A stretch of DNA of 63,958 nucleotides, the filler included, from Octopus bimaculoides (lineage: Eukaryota), in the NCBI RefSeq assembly GCF_001194135.2. It is 5 parts of 5 records of this genome, joined end to end, with 100 filler letters (N's around TTAATTAATTAA, not from the genome) between each part and the next. Parts side by side here need not be neighbours in the genome. Positions count along the whole stretch, not along the records: positions 5,564 to 30,721 come from NC_068991.1; 4 more parts are not named here. One strand, 5' to 3'. The position numbers were made by a program, and so were the translations under genes. Below, in pieces: positions 10,881 to 23,320 of the stretch. The notes under the pieces were generated by a model. The model had not been told where the DNA came from and did no database searches. It saw only the letters and a list, made by a program, of their open reading frames with translations. The first letter of the stretch is position 1. Each line of letters starts with the position of its first letter.

Positions 10881-13800
10881 TGGCAGAAGGGAAAAAGAAC
10901 AACTCTGAAGTGGGGGGAAAAAATGCATGGAAAGAAAGAAAACAGAAAAATCTATTGAATTCACAATGTATTTATAGAGCTGGTTATTCAAAACATAATG
11001 GTGACGGAGGTATTTATGCAGAAGTGGTTATGATGACAAAAATATGTGTGTTGGTCTTTCAATGTGTGTGAGACATGGCTTTTGGAAATATCATGTGACA
11101 GTACTGTATTGTTTCAACAACAAACATAGTATTTTTTTTTTCTTGATTGTCTCTCTCACTACCAGTGTTGATGGTCAGTCTTAACATAAGACATGACAAC
11201 ATCTCACCTGTTAGTTTTGTCATTAGACAAGCAGAAGTATCTGTTATTTTGGCCAGCAGGTAGACATATGACATTATTGGTCAGTTTGGGCATCAAACAG
11301 AGAATGTCATTGCTTGCTCTAGCCATCAGATAACATTACTGTCCAGTACGACCATCAGACATGATGCTGTACTTTCTAAACTGTAAATATAAAACAGAGA
11401 TAATGTTTTAATTACATTACTGTAACCAGCAGGCATGGCTGTGCTTAAAAAGTTTGCTTTGCATCCATGTACTTCTGGGTTTGTTTCCACTGCATGACAC
11501 CTTGGACAAGTGCCTCCTACCATGGTCTTGGGTTGACCAATAACCTCTTTGTGGAATTTGGTAGATGGAGACTGTGTGGAAGTCCTCCATATGTGTGTGT
11601 GTATATGTGTGAGTATGTTTATGTAAGTATATTTTATGCCAATGTGTATCAGTGAAAAAAAAGATTTGCAATATTTGTTTTGTATTGAGTTACAAAATCT
11701 CCCTTGTTACTTGTCAGCAGAAATACAATGAACCAAAAATTTCGATCATTGTTGTTCAGTAATACAATATAAAATAAAATAAAATAAGCTATTTTGTAGC
11801 TCCTACTGTTGGTCAGTGAATATAGCTTTTGGTTGGAGGGAATTGTCACAGGCCAAGAAACCATCACTGCCAGCTGTTTTACACACACATACACAAACAT
11901 GCACGCACACACACACACACACACTTGCACATATATACACACACGTATATATGTGTATCTATTCATACAATTTATGAAGACATTCATTACACCTTATACT
12001 ACATCCATACACAAGTTTATATGGAAAGATATGTTTGTACATTTGGATAGACATATATGTTGTGAGTACTACATACAGACACAGATAAAATAAGTCTTAA
12101 ATGATATACAGATACAGTTCATACACAGAAATACATTCATTTTTTACTTACTCATAGCAATAACTAATTATATGCTGTGTTGAAAGTTGTCTTTCATTTT
12201 TATCAAAAATAATATTACGCTTTTTAACAACTTCTAATGATGGTATTATTGAATTTTCTTTCAGACCCCTTGTAAATCATGTCTTTTGTTGTTTTTTTTT
12301 TCTTTTTCTTTGTTTCTTTTTGTGGATGGGACACCCAGTAGAGCATTGGACAAAATACCTTGTTCTGTTTCATATCTGAGCTCTGAGTTGATATCCTACT
12401 TGGGCCAACTTTACATTTCAGTATTCTATGGCCAATGAAAATAAGTACCGGTCAAGTACTGAAGCTGAGATAACTGACAACACCCTTCAAGGTGATGCCC
12501 AAGCATGGCCACCACAGCTTAATGACTGAAACCAGTGAAATAATAAAAGAATATATTTTTAAAGGTCACAGCTGAGATTGTCCTAGCTGATGGTTTTATT
12601 GTTTGCAAAACACCAATGTTGAACTACATAACTTGGCACTTATGGTTTTGTGCATTTAGCTCTAAATGAAATACTTTGGTTACAGGAATGAATAAATACT
12701 GTAGTATAACTACAGCTTTAATAGATACTGCAGTGTGGTTACAGCTTTGAATAGATAACTGTAGTGTGATTACATTGTAAACAACAAGAACAGTGGATGA
12801 TTGACAAATGTTTCGTGCTCTTGCAGTGCTCACTCCAAGTTATTTGTCTTCATTCTCCTTTGCAGCTAAAAACCAAGAAACATAGTATTCATTCAGAGGT
12901 GGAATTCCACTTGGCACACCTCATATAACTCTTTGTAACATTTTTCCTTTGAAATTCTTAGAAAATTTTTGAATATTTGTATTCTACATGCAGGAATTCA
13001 TATGATTATGGAAAAAAAAAAAATTTTTTAATCAGTTTCAGATATGGACAGTCTGGACTTTTTGCTTAAATCCCAGCAATAGACCATTAAATGTGTTTAT
13101 GGGGAAGAAAGATATTGAAAAACATCAATATGTCAGAGTGACAAAGAAATGAGTAGGGTATCAGGTGGTCATGAGATGTGCCTAAAAATAACAGCTAAAT
13201 AACCCTTAAATCACACTTTTTTTTTTTTTGCTTTATCATATAAATTCTCATGTGTAGAACACAAATTCACGAAGATTTTCTGAAAATTACGAAAAATAAA
13301 AATGTCATGAGGGGTTATATGGGTTACTTAAACCAGAATTCCGCCCATTCAGATATCCAGAGATTTTTATATCATTTGGATCATCTGAAGTTCAGGCTCC
13401 CAATACCTTTAAGTTAAGGCAATAGCATACAGCAGCAACAATACTGCTCATAATTATTTTTCTTTGCTTGTGTTTGTGTAAAAGAATTTTTACTCCCACA
13501 TTATATCTTTCCACCATGAACACTTCCAGCTTTTTCTCTTATTTTTGAATTCTGAAATATTGTTTGTGTGTGTGTGTGAACTAGTGGCCATTGTTCTACA
13601 CTGCCTAATTCTTAAACTTCGACACCTGGTTTAACACCATTATTTAGCCCTGCATACTTTTAGCAGTGTCAATTTCTATGGTTTCAGGATAACTCTTTAT
13701 TTATGATTTATATTACTTTCTTTATTATCACCATACTCAGTGCCCATGAAATAAAATCCTGGCACCTATTCTTCTTCCAAAACTTTTTGTTACCACATTT

Positions 13801-14999
13801 CTGGTGTAACAAAACTGACTTTGTTTCAATTAAATTTTGTCATGAAGCTAGGGTATGGAACATAAATTAACATGAAATGTTGATGTAAAGTTTTAATTTA
13901 GATCACTTTATCATTTTGTTATCATATTTCTGATGAAACTTTGTTTCAATTAATTTTGAAAATAATCAAGAATTTATTAAAATCTCTTTATCAGTATAAG
14001 CTGGTGTTTGGAACATAAATTAACATGAAATTTTGGTGGGAGGTTTTAATTTAGATCATTTTAAGATGAAGTTTCAAAGTGGTTGGCATTAAGAAGAGCA
14101 TCCAGCCATGGAAACCATGTCAAATTAGACTGGAGCCTGGTGCAGCCCTCAGCTTACCAGCCCTAGTCAAACTGTCCAACCCATGGACAACAGATGTTCA
14201 ATGATGATGATGAAATTTTGTTTCATAAAACCAGGGTCATTTCCAGGTGAGTTGATGTCAAAAGAGTTAATAAACTATAACAAAGAAGTTGAAATATGAT
14301 CTATGTGATGGAATGGAGACTCCTCTCTCTTTCTAAGTTCTTCTCCTCTTCCTGTTGTGCAATTTACATTACAAAATCTATATAAATGGTCCCTAAGTCT
14401 TAGATACAAAAGCCTAGCAGAAGATGTCAGGATGATGAGACAGTGGTGAGGTTCCACAAAGATTTCATTGGAATGCGTACCTCATAAGTCTACATATGGT
14501 ACCATCATGGTGCTATGAATTTTTGAAAGGTGCTCAGGCACAATGTCTAAAGTCAAAACAGTGTCATTGAGATGAAACGAAGAAAATGTATATTTAAAAA
14601 AAAAAAATCTTTGAAGATAGTCTTTATTAGAATTTAGGGATTTCACAATTGTAAGTATACATGGGAATATATGTGTGTGTATATGCCTATTTCTCTCTCT
14701 ACTTGCTTATCTCTCATCATCATCATTATTGTCATTTAATGTCCATGTTCCATGCTGATAAAGGTTGGACAGTTTGACAGGATCTGATGAGCCCAAGGAC
14801 TACGTTGTTCTCCAGTGTTTGCTTTGGCATGTTTTCTATGGTTGTATGCCCTTCCTAATACCAACCAATTTGTAATATGTACAGGGTAGTTTCTTCATGC
14901 CACTAGCAAAAGTGAGATCAGCATGCAGCTTGCAAGACCACAAACCTCCATGGGATGGTCAGCTTAATGCTGGTAGGGGAGGGAGGGGTGGATGAGGAG

Positions 15000-15640
15000 T
15001 TAAAGTAAGAGAAAGGTGGGTGCACAACAGGTTTTTGTTGTAGAAGAGTTATGTAGCTACTCAGATTTAGGTGAAGGTAGGTGAGAATGATTGATAAGGG
15101 TTGCAGTGTGATAGTGGTGAGGAAGTGTCCAGGTGGCTCTTCAAGTTATGAGAGTAGGAGTTAATGGGGACAAGTACTTGGAGTGTGGGTGGTTGGGATT
15201 TCAAGAATGTATGGGAGAGGAGGCAGGTAATTAAGGATGTAGGAAGGGGTGGGAGATATCAGTGTTAGGAAAGGTAAAGGGATTACAGAAAAGTTTACCA
15301 AGAAAATATATCCATAGTATCTCACCATTAATAGTTAAGTACTATTTTATTAAAAGAAAAAAAATGTTGAACTTTTTCTGCAGTGAATTGATGATGGTGA
15401 ACTTACCAGACATGGTGGATGAGAGCAGCAGGATTGTAACAATAACACAGTTGTCAGAGAGGAGGATGAAAGAGAGATAATATGTGGCTTGGTAAGTTGC
15501 AGGAATAGGTGATGAGAAAGAGATGTAGGTTTAGTGTACAAGGAGAGAGAATTGGGTTTCAGTGAGGCAGAATGAATCAATATAATGTAGGTGGAGAGAA
15601 TATCAATGGCTAACTAGTGAAATGGCTTTAGGTATTAAGG
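15000..15640 (-). mobile_element. Highly decayed retroelement remnant, possibly a Penelope GIY-YIG/3' region
   Basis: Purine-rich on the plus strand, with weak minus-strand resemblance (ILSTYIILIHS..SLY) to the GIY-YIG linker. No intact motif is left. Confidence 0.3.
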
Positions 15641-15729
15641 AAAAACTGAAGTGAAGATGATGGGTGTCTTGAGGAGGAGGAGATTGAGCAAGGGATTTAC
15701 AATGAATTTGTGCATATATACATACAGTT

Positions 15730-15960
15730 CCTCCAGAGCTCAATTTTGTTAAAGTCGGTGAGTCTTCTTGCGGACCATCTCTTGCCAGTCATTACTGCCC
15801 TTTGTCATCACCTTTGTGAGGCTCAAGGTCTTGAGATCAGCTATCACCACCTTGTCTCATGACTTCCTGGGTCTCCTTCCATTAGATCCAGCCACATTGA
15901 TTGGCACTTGTTTATAAAAGCTGTCTTCACCCATATGCGTCACATGTCCATACAAGTGCA
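15730..15960 (-). mobile_element. RTE-clade LINE ORF C-terminal fragment
   Basis: Frameshifted minus-strand translation resembles G.RPRKSWDEVV..DL..L.LTK.M..D...WQEMVRKKT. Confidence 0.55.
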
Positions 15961-16084
15961 GTCTTCTTTTATGCTGAGTTTTTCTCTCAGTATGTTATAT
16001 TATTCACACTCACAGTATGTGTATACATTGATAGATAGATATCTGCCTGTATATAGAAATATCTATGTCTATGATGATTTCAAA

Positions 16085-16257
16085 TTTTGACACAAGGCCA
16101 GAAATTTTGGGGAATGAGGCAAGTCGATTACATCAACTCTAAAAGGATGAAAGGCAAAATCGACCTCAGTGGAATTTGAACGCAAGACATAAGACGGACC
16201 AAATGCTACTAAGCATTTTGCCTGATGAGCTAATGATTCTGTCAGCTCATCACCTTA
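16085..16257 (-). mobile_element. SINE family 2
   Basis: Reverse complement of the family 2 consensus, internally deleted. Confidence 0.7.
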
Positions 16258-16339
16258 TCATCTATGTATATAATATAAGTTTGTAATGTACATTGCACAC
16301 ATCTTGTGACACAGAAATACTGGGTGCTTGTCAAAAGTG

Positions 16340-16560
16340 ATACAGCAGTGTTGATGACAATAAGTATAAAGATCTAGAAATTGAAATAAGTAGGATGTGG
16401 CACCTGAAGACAGAAACAATGCCAGTTGTGATTAGATCACTAGGGGTCATAAAAGAAACAGTCAGTGATTACCTTGGAAAAATCTTGGGCAAACCTAACA
16501 TAAGAAATCCAAAAACTTGTATTAAACGATATGGTTCACATTCAATGTAAGTTTGTGTCC
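16340..16560 (+). mobile_element. R4/Dong-like non-LTR retrotransposon fragment (restriction-like endonuclease C-terminus)
   Basis: KYKDLEIEISRMWHLKTETMPVVIRSLGVIKETVSDYLGKI fits the KY.DL..EI.RMW......PVVIG.LG motif. Confidence 0.7.
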
Positions 16561-16857
16561 TTGTAATCTATATTCTCGAAACCTTTGTGTTTTTATTTTA
16601 TTTTTTGTAAGGGAGCTATGTGTTTAAATTCAACAAGACCAGCCTGCCCTATGTAACTGGTTGCCACTCAGTAATTATTTGTTTTCTTGGCAATATCAAA
16701 CGGAAAAAATAGGAATAACCTGATGAATCTCTGTTAGTTTCCATAAGCTTTCCAATTGTTCAATTAACTTAGTTAATCTAGTCATTAAATTAACATGTAT
16801 GTGGCTGAGTATTCCACTAACAGAAGTAGTCTTAATGTAATTTTCAGGCTTAATCAG

Positions 16858-17572
16858 TATGTGGGTGCATGGTAAGAAGCTTGATTCCCAACCACATTGT
16901 TTTGGGTTCAGTCCCACTGCGTGGTACCTTGGGCAAGTGTCTTCTATTATAGCCTCAGGCCAACCAAAGCCTTGTAAGTGGATTTGGAGGACGAAACCGA
17001 ATTAAGCCCATCATATATATATCATCATCATCTTTTAACGTCCGTTTTCCAGGCTGGCATGGGTTGGACGGTTTGACCAAGGATGGCAAGCCAGTAGGCT
17101 GCACCAGGCTCCAATCTGATCTGGCAAGGTTTCTACAGCTGAATGCCCTTCCTAACACCAACCACTCCAAAAGTGTAATGGGTGCTTTTTACATGCCACT
17201 GGCATTGACCACATTTGGATGATGTTTTTTACGTGCCACTGGCATCAACCATGTTCGGGTGGTGTTTTTTATGTGCTGCCAGTCAGGCGGCACTGGAATT
17301 GACCCACACTTGAATGGTGCTTATTACGTGCCACCAGCACAGATGCTAGTCAGGCGGTGTCTGTGGTCCCCCCCCCCCAGCGCCATTGCTTGACAATCAG
17401 TGTGTGTTTGTGTCCCCATAACTAACTTGGCAGTTCAGCAAATGAAGCCAATAGTATAAGTGCCACTTCTTTTAAAAAAAAAGTCCTGGAGTTGATTCAT
17501 TTGACTAAGATCTCGAGGTAGTACCCCAGCATGGCTGCAGTCTAGTGACTGAAACAAGTAAAAAATAAAAGA
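16858..17572 (+). mobile_element. SINE family 1 interrupted by an antisense (GAT)n-tailed element
   Basis: Head at 16858-17015 and tail at 17360-17572, with an insert between them. Confidence 0.8.
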
Positions 17573-18394
17573 GGAAATTTTTGATGTAAAGTTTTAACTT
17601 AGATCACTTTATTTTGTTGTCATATTTCTGATGAAATTCTGTTTCAATTAATTTTGAAAATAGTCAAGAATTTATTTGGTTTGCAAGATTCTTTATGTGA
17701 ATTTGTGTGTTGAAGCATATCATCATTAGCTGGTGTTTGGAACATAAATTAACATAAAATTTTGGTGGAAGGTTTTAATTTAGATTATTTCAAAACAAAA
17801 ATTTTGTTTCATAAAACCCGAATCATTTTCAGGTGAGTTGATATCAAAATGGTTAATAAGCAATAAAAAAAGAAGTTGAAATATGAAGTAGCTTTAATGT
17901 AATTTTCAGGCTTAATCGGCATGATGCAATACGTCCAGGCATGACCTTTGATTTATAGATTTACAGATGCAATCAAGCAAACAGACTACAGTTTCAGCAG
18001 CAGCATCATTGTTTTAATGTCCACTGTTCCATACTTGCCTGGATCACAAGGTATTCATTGAGATGGATTTCCTACAACTGGATGCCCTTCCTGTCACCAA
18101 ACTTCATATGTTTTCAAGCAAAGTAGTATTTCCCCATGACCAGATGTTTCCATGGAAGATTGGAAATAAAGTACACCACTTATATGACAGTGACTCTAGT
18201 TTACATCTATGATGTGATATCAAGACAAGCAGACACAAACTCACACATACATACATATACACGTACATACATACATATACTATCAATAGTTCATATATCT
18301 GAAAAAGAAGCATATTAGAACAGTAATATATTTAGAAGGTTGTTTGTCATGATCACTCTGACCAGCCGTCTAAATAAATAAATATATATATATA

Positions 18395-18953
18395 TAATTC
18401 AGCGGCACTATACAAAAAAGATCGCCACAGTCCAACAGATGAACTACAGGGAGCGACTGAAGGCACTAGGTCTCTACTCCCTGGAGCGCAGGCGGGAGAG
18501 ATATGTAATAATATACATATGGAAAATACTGGAAGGACTGGTGCCAAACTTTGGTATCAAGTACTACAGGAATGCCCGCACGGGTCGCCACTGCATGGTG
18601 CCAAAGGTACCGTCCACTGCATCTCACATAAGAATGAGATATTGCAGCAGCCTCGGTTTCAGAGGACCTCAGCTCTTCAATGCCCTGCCAAAACATTTGA
18701 GAGACATGCAAGACATGGATGCGGAGGTCTTCAAGACAAAACTTGACGCTTTCCTCTCCACGATACCAGACGAACCAATGGCTCGTAATGAGATGCAGTT
18801 TAGGGCAGCTGTGTCAAATTCTCTTATACACCAGATGTGCCATCAAAACTCTTGATTGGACCATGTCAGGTGGGGGAGAAGAGCCATGCAAAGAACATGA
18901 AAATCACGGTGGTGCACCAGCATGACTGCAGCCACTTGGCTGAAACACAAATA

Positions 18954-18960
<7 letters not shown>
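18395..18960 (+). mobile_element. 5'-truncated LINE 3' end (CR1/L2-group-like), with ORF2 C-terminus, 3'UTR and A tail
   Basis: ORF NYRERLKALGLYSLERRRERYVIIYIWKILEGLVPN...GPQLFNALPKHLRD...FKTKLDAFLSTIPDEP...SNSL, followed by a short 3'UTR and an A-rich tail at about 18948-18962. Confidence 0.85.
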
Positions 18961-18994
<34 letters not shown>

Positions 18995-19884
18995 GTTTTA
19001 GTTTACTAAATCCACTTCCAAGGCTTTTGTCAACCCAGAGCTATAGTTTGCTGGCCTTGTGCCAAAATTTAAAACCAATATGTTCTGGTAAATTTAAATG
19101 TAAAAATCTGATTGCTCTTATTACATTCATTGGTCCAGTGGAATAGCTTTAACTGAGGAGACACTCAATAAGGTCAAAACATAGTGTCTCCCTACATCAG
19201 TGAATCATGTATTATGAACACACATCATCTAAAGCAAAGGTTCTCAACTATTCTGTATCTATGAAACCCTTTGATTACTATTTTATTCTGGTGGACTCCC
19301 CTAGCTATTCAATGTTTAAAAACTAGTTTTATAGAAACCTCTTTCAAAATTTTGTTTTCCACACATTAACTTGTGTAGGTTGAACTATGTAAAATGTTTC
19401 TTGCAATACATACCAATACATACATTTAAAGCAACATTTTTGTGGATCCCCAATTTACTATTTAAAATTTTATATAGACCCCGGAAGTTTTCTCTAATAA
19501 CAGTGATCAGATAATCACATTTGAATTTTCCAGAATGTATACCATTACTGTTTGGAATCTTGCTTTTCTGTGTGCAACCTATGAGTTATTAAGCAGTTTA
19601 GCAGACATTACCATGTATCAGTAAATAATTGTTTGCTGATTTCTTGAAACAAGAGCTTATATTCTAGTTAGATTCACCAGTCCAGCAGGGTAGCTTTGAC
19701 TGAGGTAGCAGACAATAAATTCAAATCACCAGTGTGTCTTAAAGTCCCCATACACTAGTGAATTGTGTGTTATGAACATGTCATCTCAAGAGAGAAGGCA
19801 TTCTCTAATGACAAACAAGCATTGATCAAATATTCATGTTCAAATCTGCTAGAACATATTAAGTATGAGCGGACACATTGTTAG

Positions 19885-20255
19885 GTGCAGGAGTGGCTGT
19901 GTGGTAAGTAGCTTGCTTACCAACCACATAGTTCTGGGTTCAGTCCCACAGCGTGGCACCTTAGGAAAATGTCTTCTACTATAGCCTTGGGCCGACCAAA
20001 GCCTTGTGAGTGGATTTGGGAGACGGAAACTGAAAGAAGCCCGTCATGTATATATATGTCTGTGTTTGTCCCCCCAACATTGCTTGACAACCGATGCTGG
20101 TGTGTTTAGGTCCCCGTAACTTAGCAGTTCGGCAAAAGAAACCGATAGAATAAGTACTAGGCTTCCAAAGAATAAGTCCTGGGGTTGATTTGCTCGACTA
20201 AAGGCGGTGCTCCAGCATGGCCGCAGTCAAATGACTGAAACAAGTAAAGAGAGGA
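19885..20255 (+). mobile_element. Full-length tRNA-derived SINE (family 1, Octopus OK/OR-type), relatively young copy
   Basis: Head gcaggagtggctgtgtggtaag...gggttcagtccc (A/B-box-like), internal (TA)/(TG) tract, tail ggcggtgctccagcatggccgcagtcaaatgactgaaacaagtaaa. CpGs are retained. Confidence 0.85.
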
Positions 20256-20429
20256 TTCTAATTGTTGTGCATGCACCATATGAATTATTAAGGTTTATTA
20301 AAAGAACTTCACTTGCTAAATCCTAGAAACACAAACCTTTGATTACTGTTCTTCTCGAGCAGAGCTGATCTAGGTATAAACAATAGTAAGAGATTTATAA
20401 CTTTTGAGAAAAAAATGATAATGTAGAGA

Positions 20430-21135
20430 TGCAGGCATGGATGTATGGTAAGAAGTCTGTGTTGGTGTAAGGCACAAAATGAAGGTTGCTCTTACTTGGG
20501 GTTGCAATCAGCAATAATCCCTCCAAGAATTGGATAACAAGAAGCCAACAAGACTTTACAGTTGTATCCACATGTAAGCCCTCCCCAACTACTGGCCAGA
20601 AAGGACTACTACTATATGATTGTTCCCAGCACACATCTTGCCCTCGCCACAGACCCCCATAAGAAAGAGGTCATTTTGACCCTACCACTTCTTGACAACA
20701 TCATTTCCTACCACTTCCAGTCTCTTCATGATGTTACTTGCTCTCCCTTCTGGTCTCTTATCTTTCCTCCGCAGTCTGCTTCCCAGATACATGGTTTCTG
20801 ATTCAGTCCAACTGTGCGGCACCTTGGGCAAGAAGTCTTCTACTATAGCCTCAGATCAAGCAAAGTCTTGTGAGTGGATGTGGTAGATAGAAACTAAAAG
20901 AAACCCATCAAATATGTATACACACACATACGTATGCGTTTGTCCCCTATCACTAACTGGCAACTGCTGATGGTTTCTTTACACATCCCCATAACTTAGT
21001 GGTTCAGCAAAGAGACAGATAGAATATGTACCAGGCTTAAAAATATAAGTACATGGGTCAATTTGTTTGACTAAGCCCTTCAAAATGGTGTCTCAGCATG
21101 GCTGCAGTCCAATGACTGAAACGAGTAAAAGATAG
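20430..21135 (+). mobile_element. SINE family 1 with an unidentified insertion of about 320 bp in the head
   Basis: The head breaks at about 20460 and resumes at about 20775 (cttcccagatacatggtt...); the tail is intact. Confidence 0.7.
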
Positions 21136-21924
21136 AAGATAAAAAATATGACAGAAATAATTTTATTAATTAGTTAATTTATAAATAAAATTAAAATTAA
21201 AATTTGCTTTTTGTTGTCTGATGTCATTTGAAATGGTTGATAATAAAAACAATAACAAAAATAAATTAATGAAGAAAAATTCAACTGAAATAAGATAAAA
21301 GCATCTTCTCTTTTCAAACATTAAATAATTTCCTATCTTAGAGTTTCTTATCATCATCATCATCATCATCATCCCCGTTATCATTGTCATCAGTATCATC
21401 AGCATCAGCATCATCATCATCAACATTGTCATCATTATCACCATCACCCACCACCATCACCACTGCTGCCCCCTCTACTGTCATCACCACCAATGCCTTT
21501 CCTTTCCTTCCTCCTCTTCTCTACATCATCTTCATCTCCTTCATCACCAGACCTCCCATCCCTTCCTCACCATTGCTCTCTTCCTCATCATTATTCAGTC
21601 TTGGAAATGGCAGTAACAGTGGGGCACCAGACTAAATTTCTTGCAGTATTTAGTTTCATCTTTCATCATTCTAAGATCAAATATTGCTGAGGTCGATTTT
21701 TGACTTTGATCCCAAAAAGAAATGGTAAAATAAATATGAACTGGGTTAATTTAATCAATTCTATTCACCCTTCTCCTTTCACTACAAATTTATGGTCCTG
21801 TCCCAACATAAGTAATCATTATTTCAACATAAGTAATCATACATAATCAATTATTATTATTGAAAGAATTTTTATTATTACTCTTATTATTATTATCATT
21901 ATTAAGGCTGCAAGCTGACAGAAT

Positions 21925-22246
21925 GTGGAGGCGCAATGGCCCAGTGGTTAGGGCAGCGGACTTGCAGTCAGAGGATCACGGTTTCAATTCTCAGACCAGG
22001 CGTTGTGTGTGTTTATTGAGCGAAAACACCTAAAGCTCCATGAGGCTCTGGCAGGGGGTGGTGGCGACCCCTGTTGTACTCTTTCGCCCCAACCTTCTCT
22101 CACTCTTTCTTCCTGTTTCTTGAGTAACGAAGTGATGGACTTGCATTCTGTCCAGCTGGGGGGAACACATGCACCATAGAAAACAGGAAACCGGGCCCAT
22201 GAACCTGGCTAGGCTTTAAAAGGATGCATAAATAAGATTAAAAAAA
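21925..22246 (+). mobile_element. tRNA-derived SINE (family 3) with an 11-bp target-site duplication
   Basis: Head ggcgcaatggcccagtggttagggcagcggac...ggtttcaattc, A-rich end, and GCTGACAGAAT at 21914-21924 and 22247-22257. Confidence 0.85.
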
Positions 22247-22470
22247 GCTGACAGAATTGTTAGCACACCGAGGAAAATGCTTAGCAGTATTTTATCTGTC
22301 TTCAGGTTCTGAGTCTAAATTCCACCCAGGTCTACTTTGCCTTTTGTCCTTTCAGAGTTGATGAAGTAAGTACCAGTGGAACACTGGAACTGATATAACC
22401 AAATAGTCCCCTCCTCCAAATTTCAGGTCTTATGCCTTTAATAGAAAGGATTATTATTATTATTATTATT

Positions 22471-22925
22471 AAGGCGCAGGAGTGGTTGTGTGGCAAGTAG
22501 CTTGCTTACCAACCACATGGTTCTGGGTTCATTCCCACTGTGTGGCACCTTGGGCAAGTGTNNNNNNNNNNTGGGTTCATTCCCACTGTGTGGCACCTTG
22601 GGCAAGTGTCTTCTACTATAGTCTCAGGCCGACCAAAGCCTTGTGAGTGGATTTGGTAGACTGAAAACTGAAAGAAGCCCGTCGTATATATGCATATATA
22701 TGTGTGTGTGTATATGTTTGTGTGTCTGTGTTTGTTCCCCCAACATCGCTTGACAACCAATGCTGGCGTGTTTACGTCCCTGTAACTTAGCGGTTCAGCA
22801 AAAGAGACCGATAGAATAAGTACTAGGCTTCCAAAGAATAAGTCCTGGGTCGATTTGCTCAACTAAAGGCGGTGCTCCAGCATGGCCACAGTCAAATGAC
22901 TGAAACAAGTAAAAGAGTAAAGAGA
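22471..22925 (+). mobile_element. SINE family 1
   Basis: Full head and tail; contains a 10-N gap with duplicated flanks. Confidence 0.85.
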
Positions 22926-23261
22926 GTGGCAAGCTGGCAGAATTCTTAGTGCACTGGACAAAATGGTCAATGACATTTCATCCATCTTTACGTTCTGGGT
23001 TCAAATTCTGCTGAGGTCAACTTTGCCTTTCATCCTTTTTGGGGTCGATATAATCAACTAGTCCCCTCTCACAAAATTTCAAGCCTTGTGCCTTTAGTAG
23101 AAAGGATTATTATTATTATTATTATTATTATTCTGTCATGGTCAACTTTGCCTACCATCCTTTCGAGATCGATAAATTAAGTACCAGTGAAACACTGGGG
23201 TTGATGTAATTGATTTGTCCCCTCCTACTAAATTTCAGGTCTTGTGCCTTTAGTAGAAAGG

Positions 23262-23320
<59 letters not shown>

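Noticed and set aside
13320-14560. Several short open frames with plausible splice sites on both strands (e.g. RYKSLAEDVRMMRQW, DIVPEHLSKIHSTMM)
   Set aside because: They are mutually incompatible in strand and phase and have no recognisable homology, so they cannot be separated from chance.
19885-19960. tRNA-like A/B boxes as tRNA genes (here and in other SINE heads)
   Set aside because: They continue into SINE bodies and form no complete cloverleaf.
22524-22610. Tandem duplication within a SINE head
   Set aside because: Identical sequence on both sides of a 10-N gap indicates a contig-overlap artefact.
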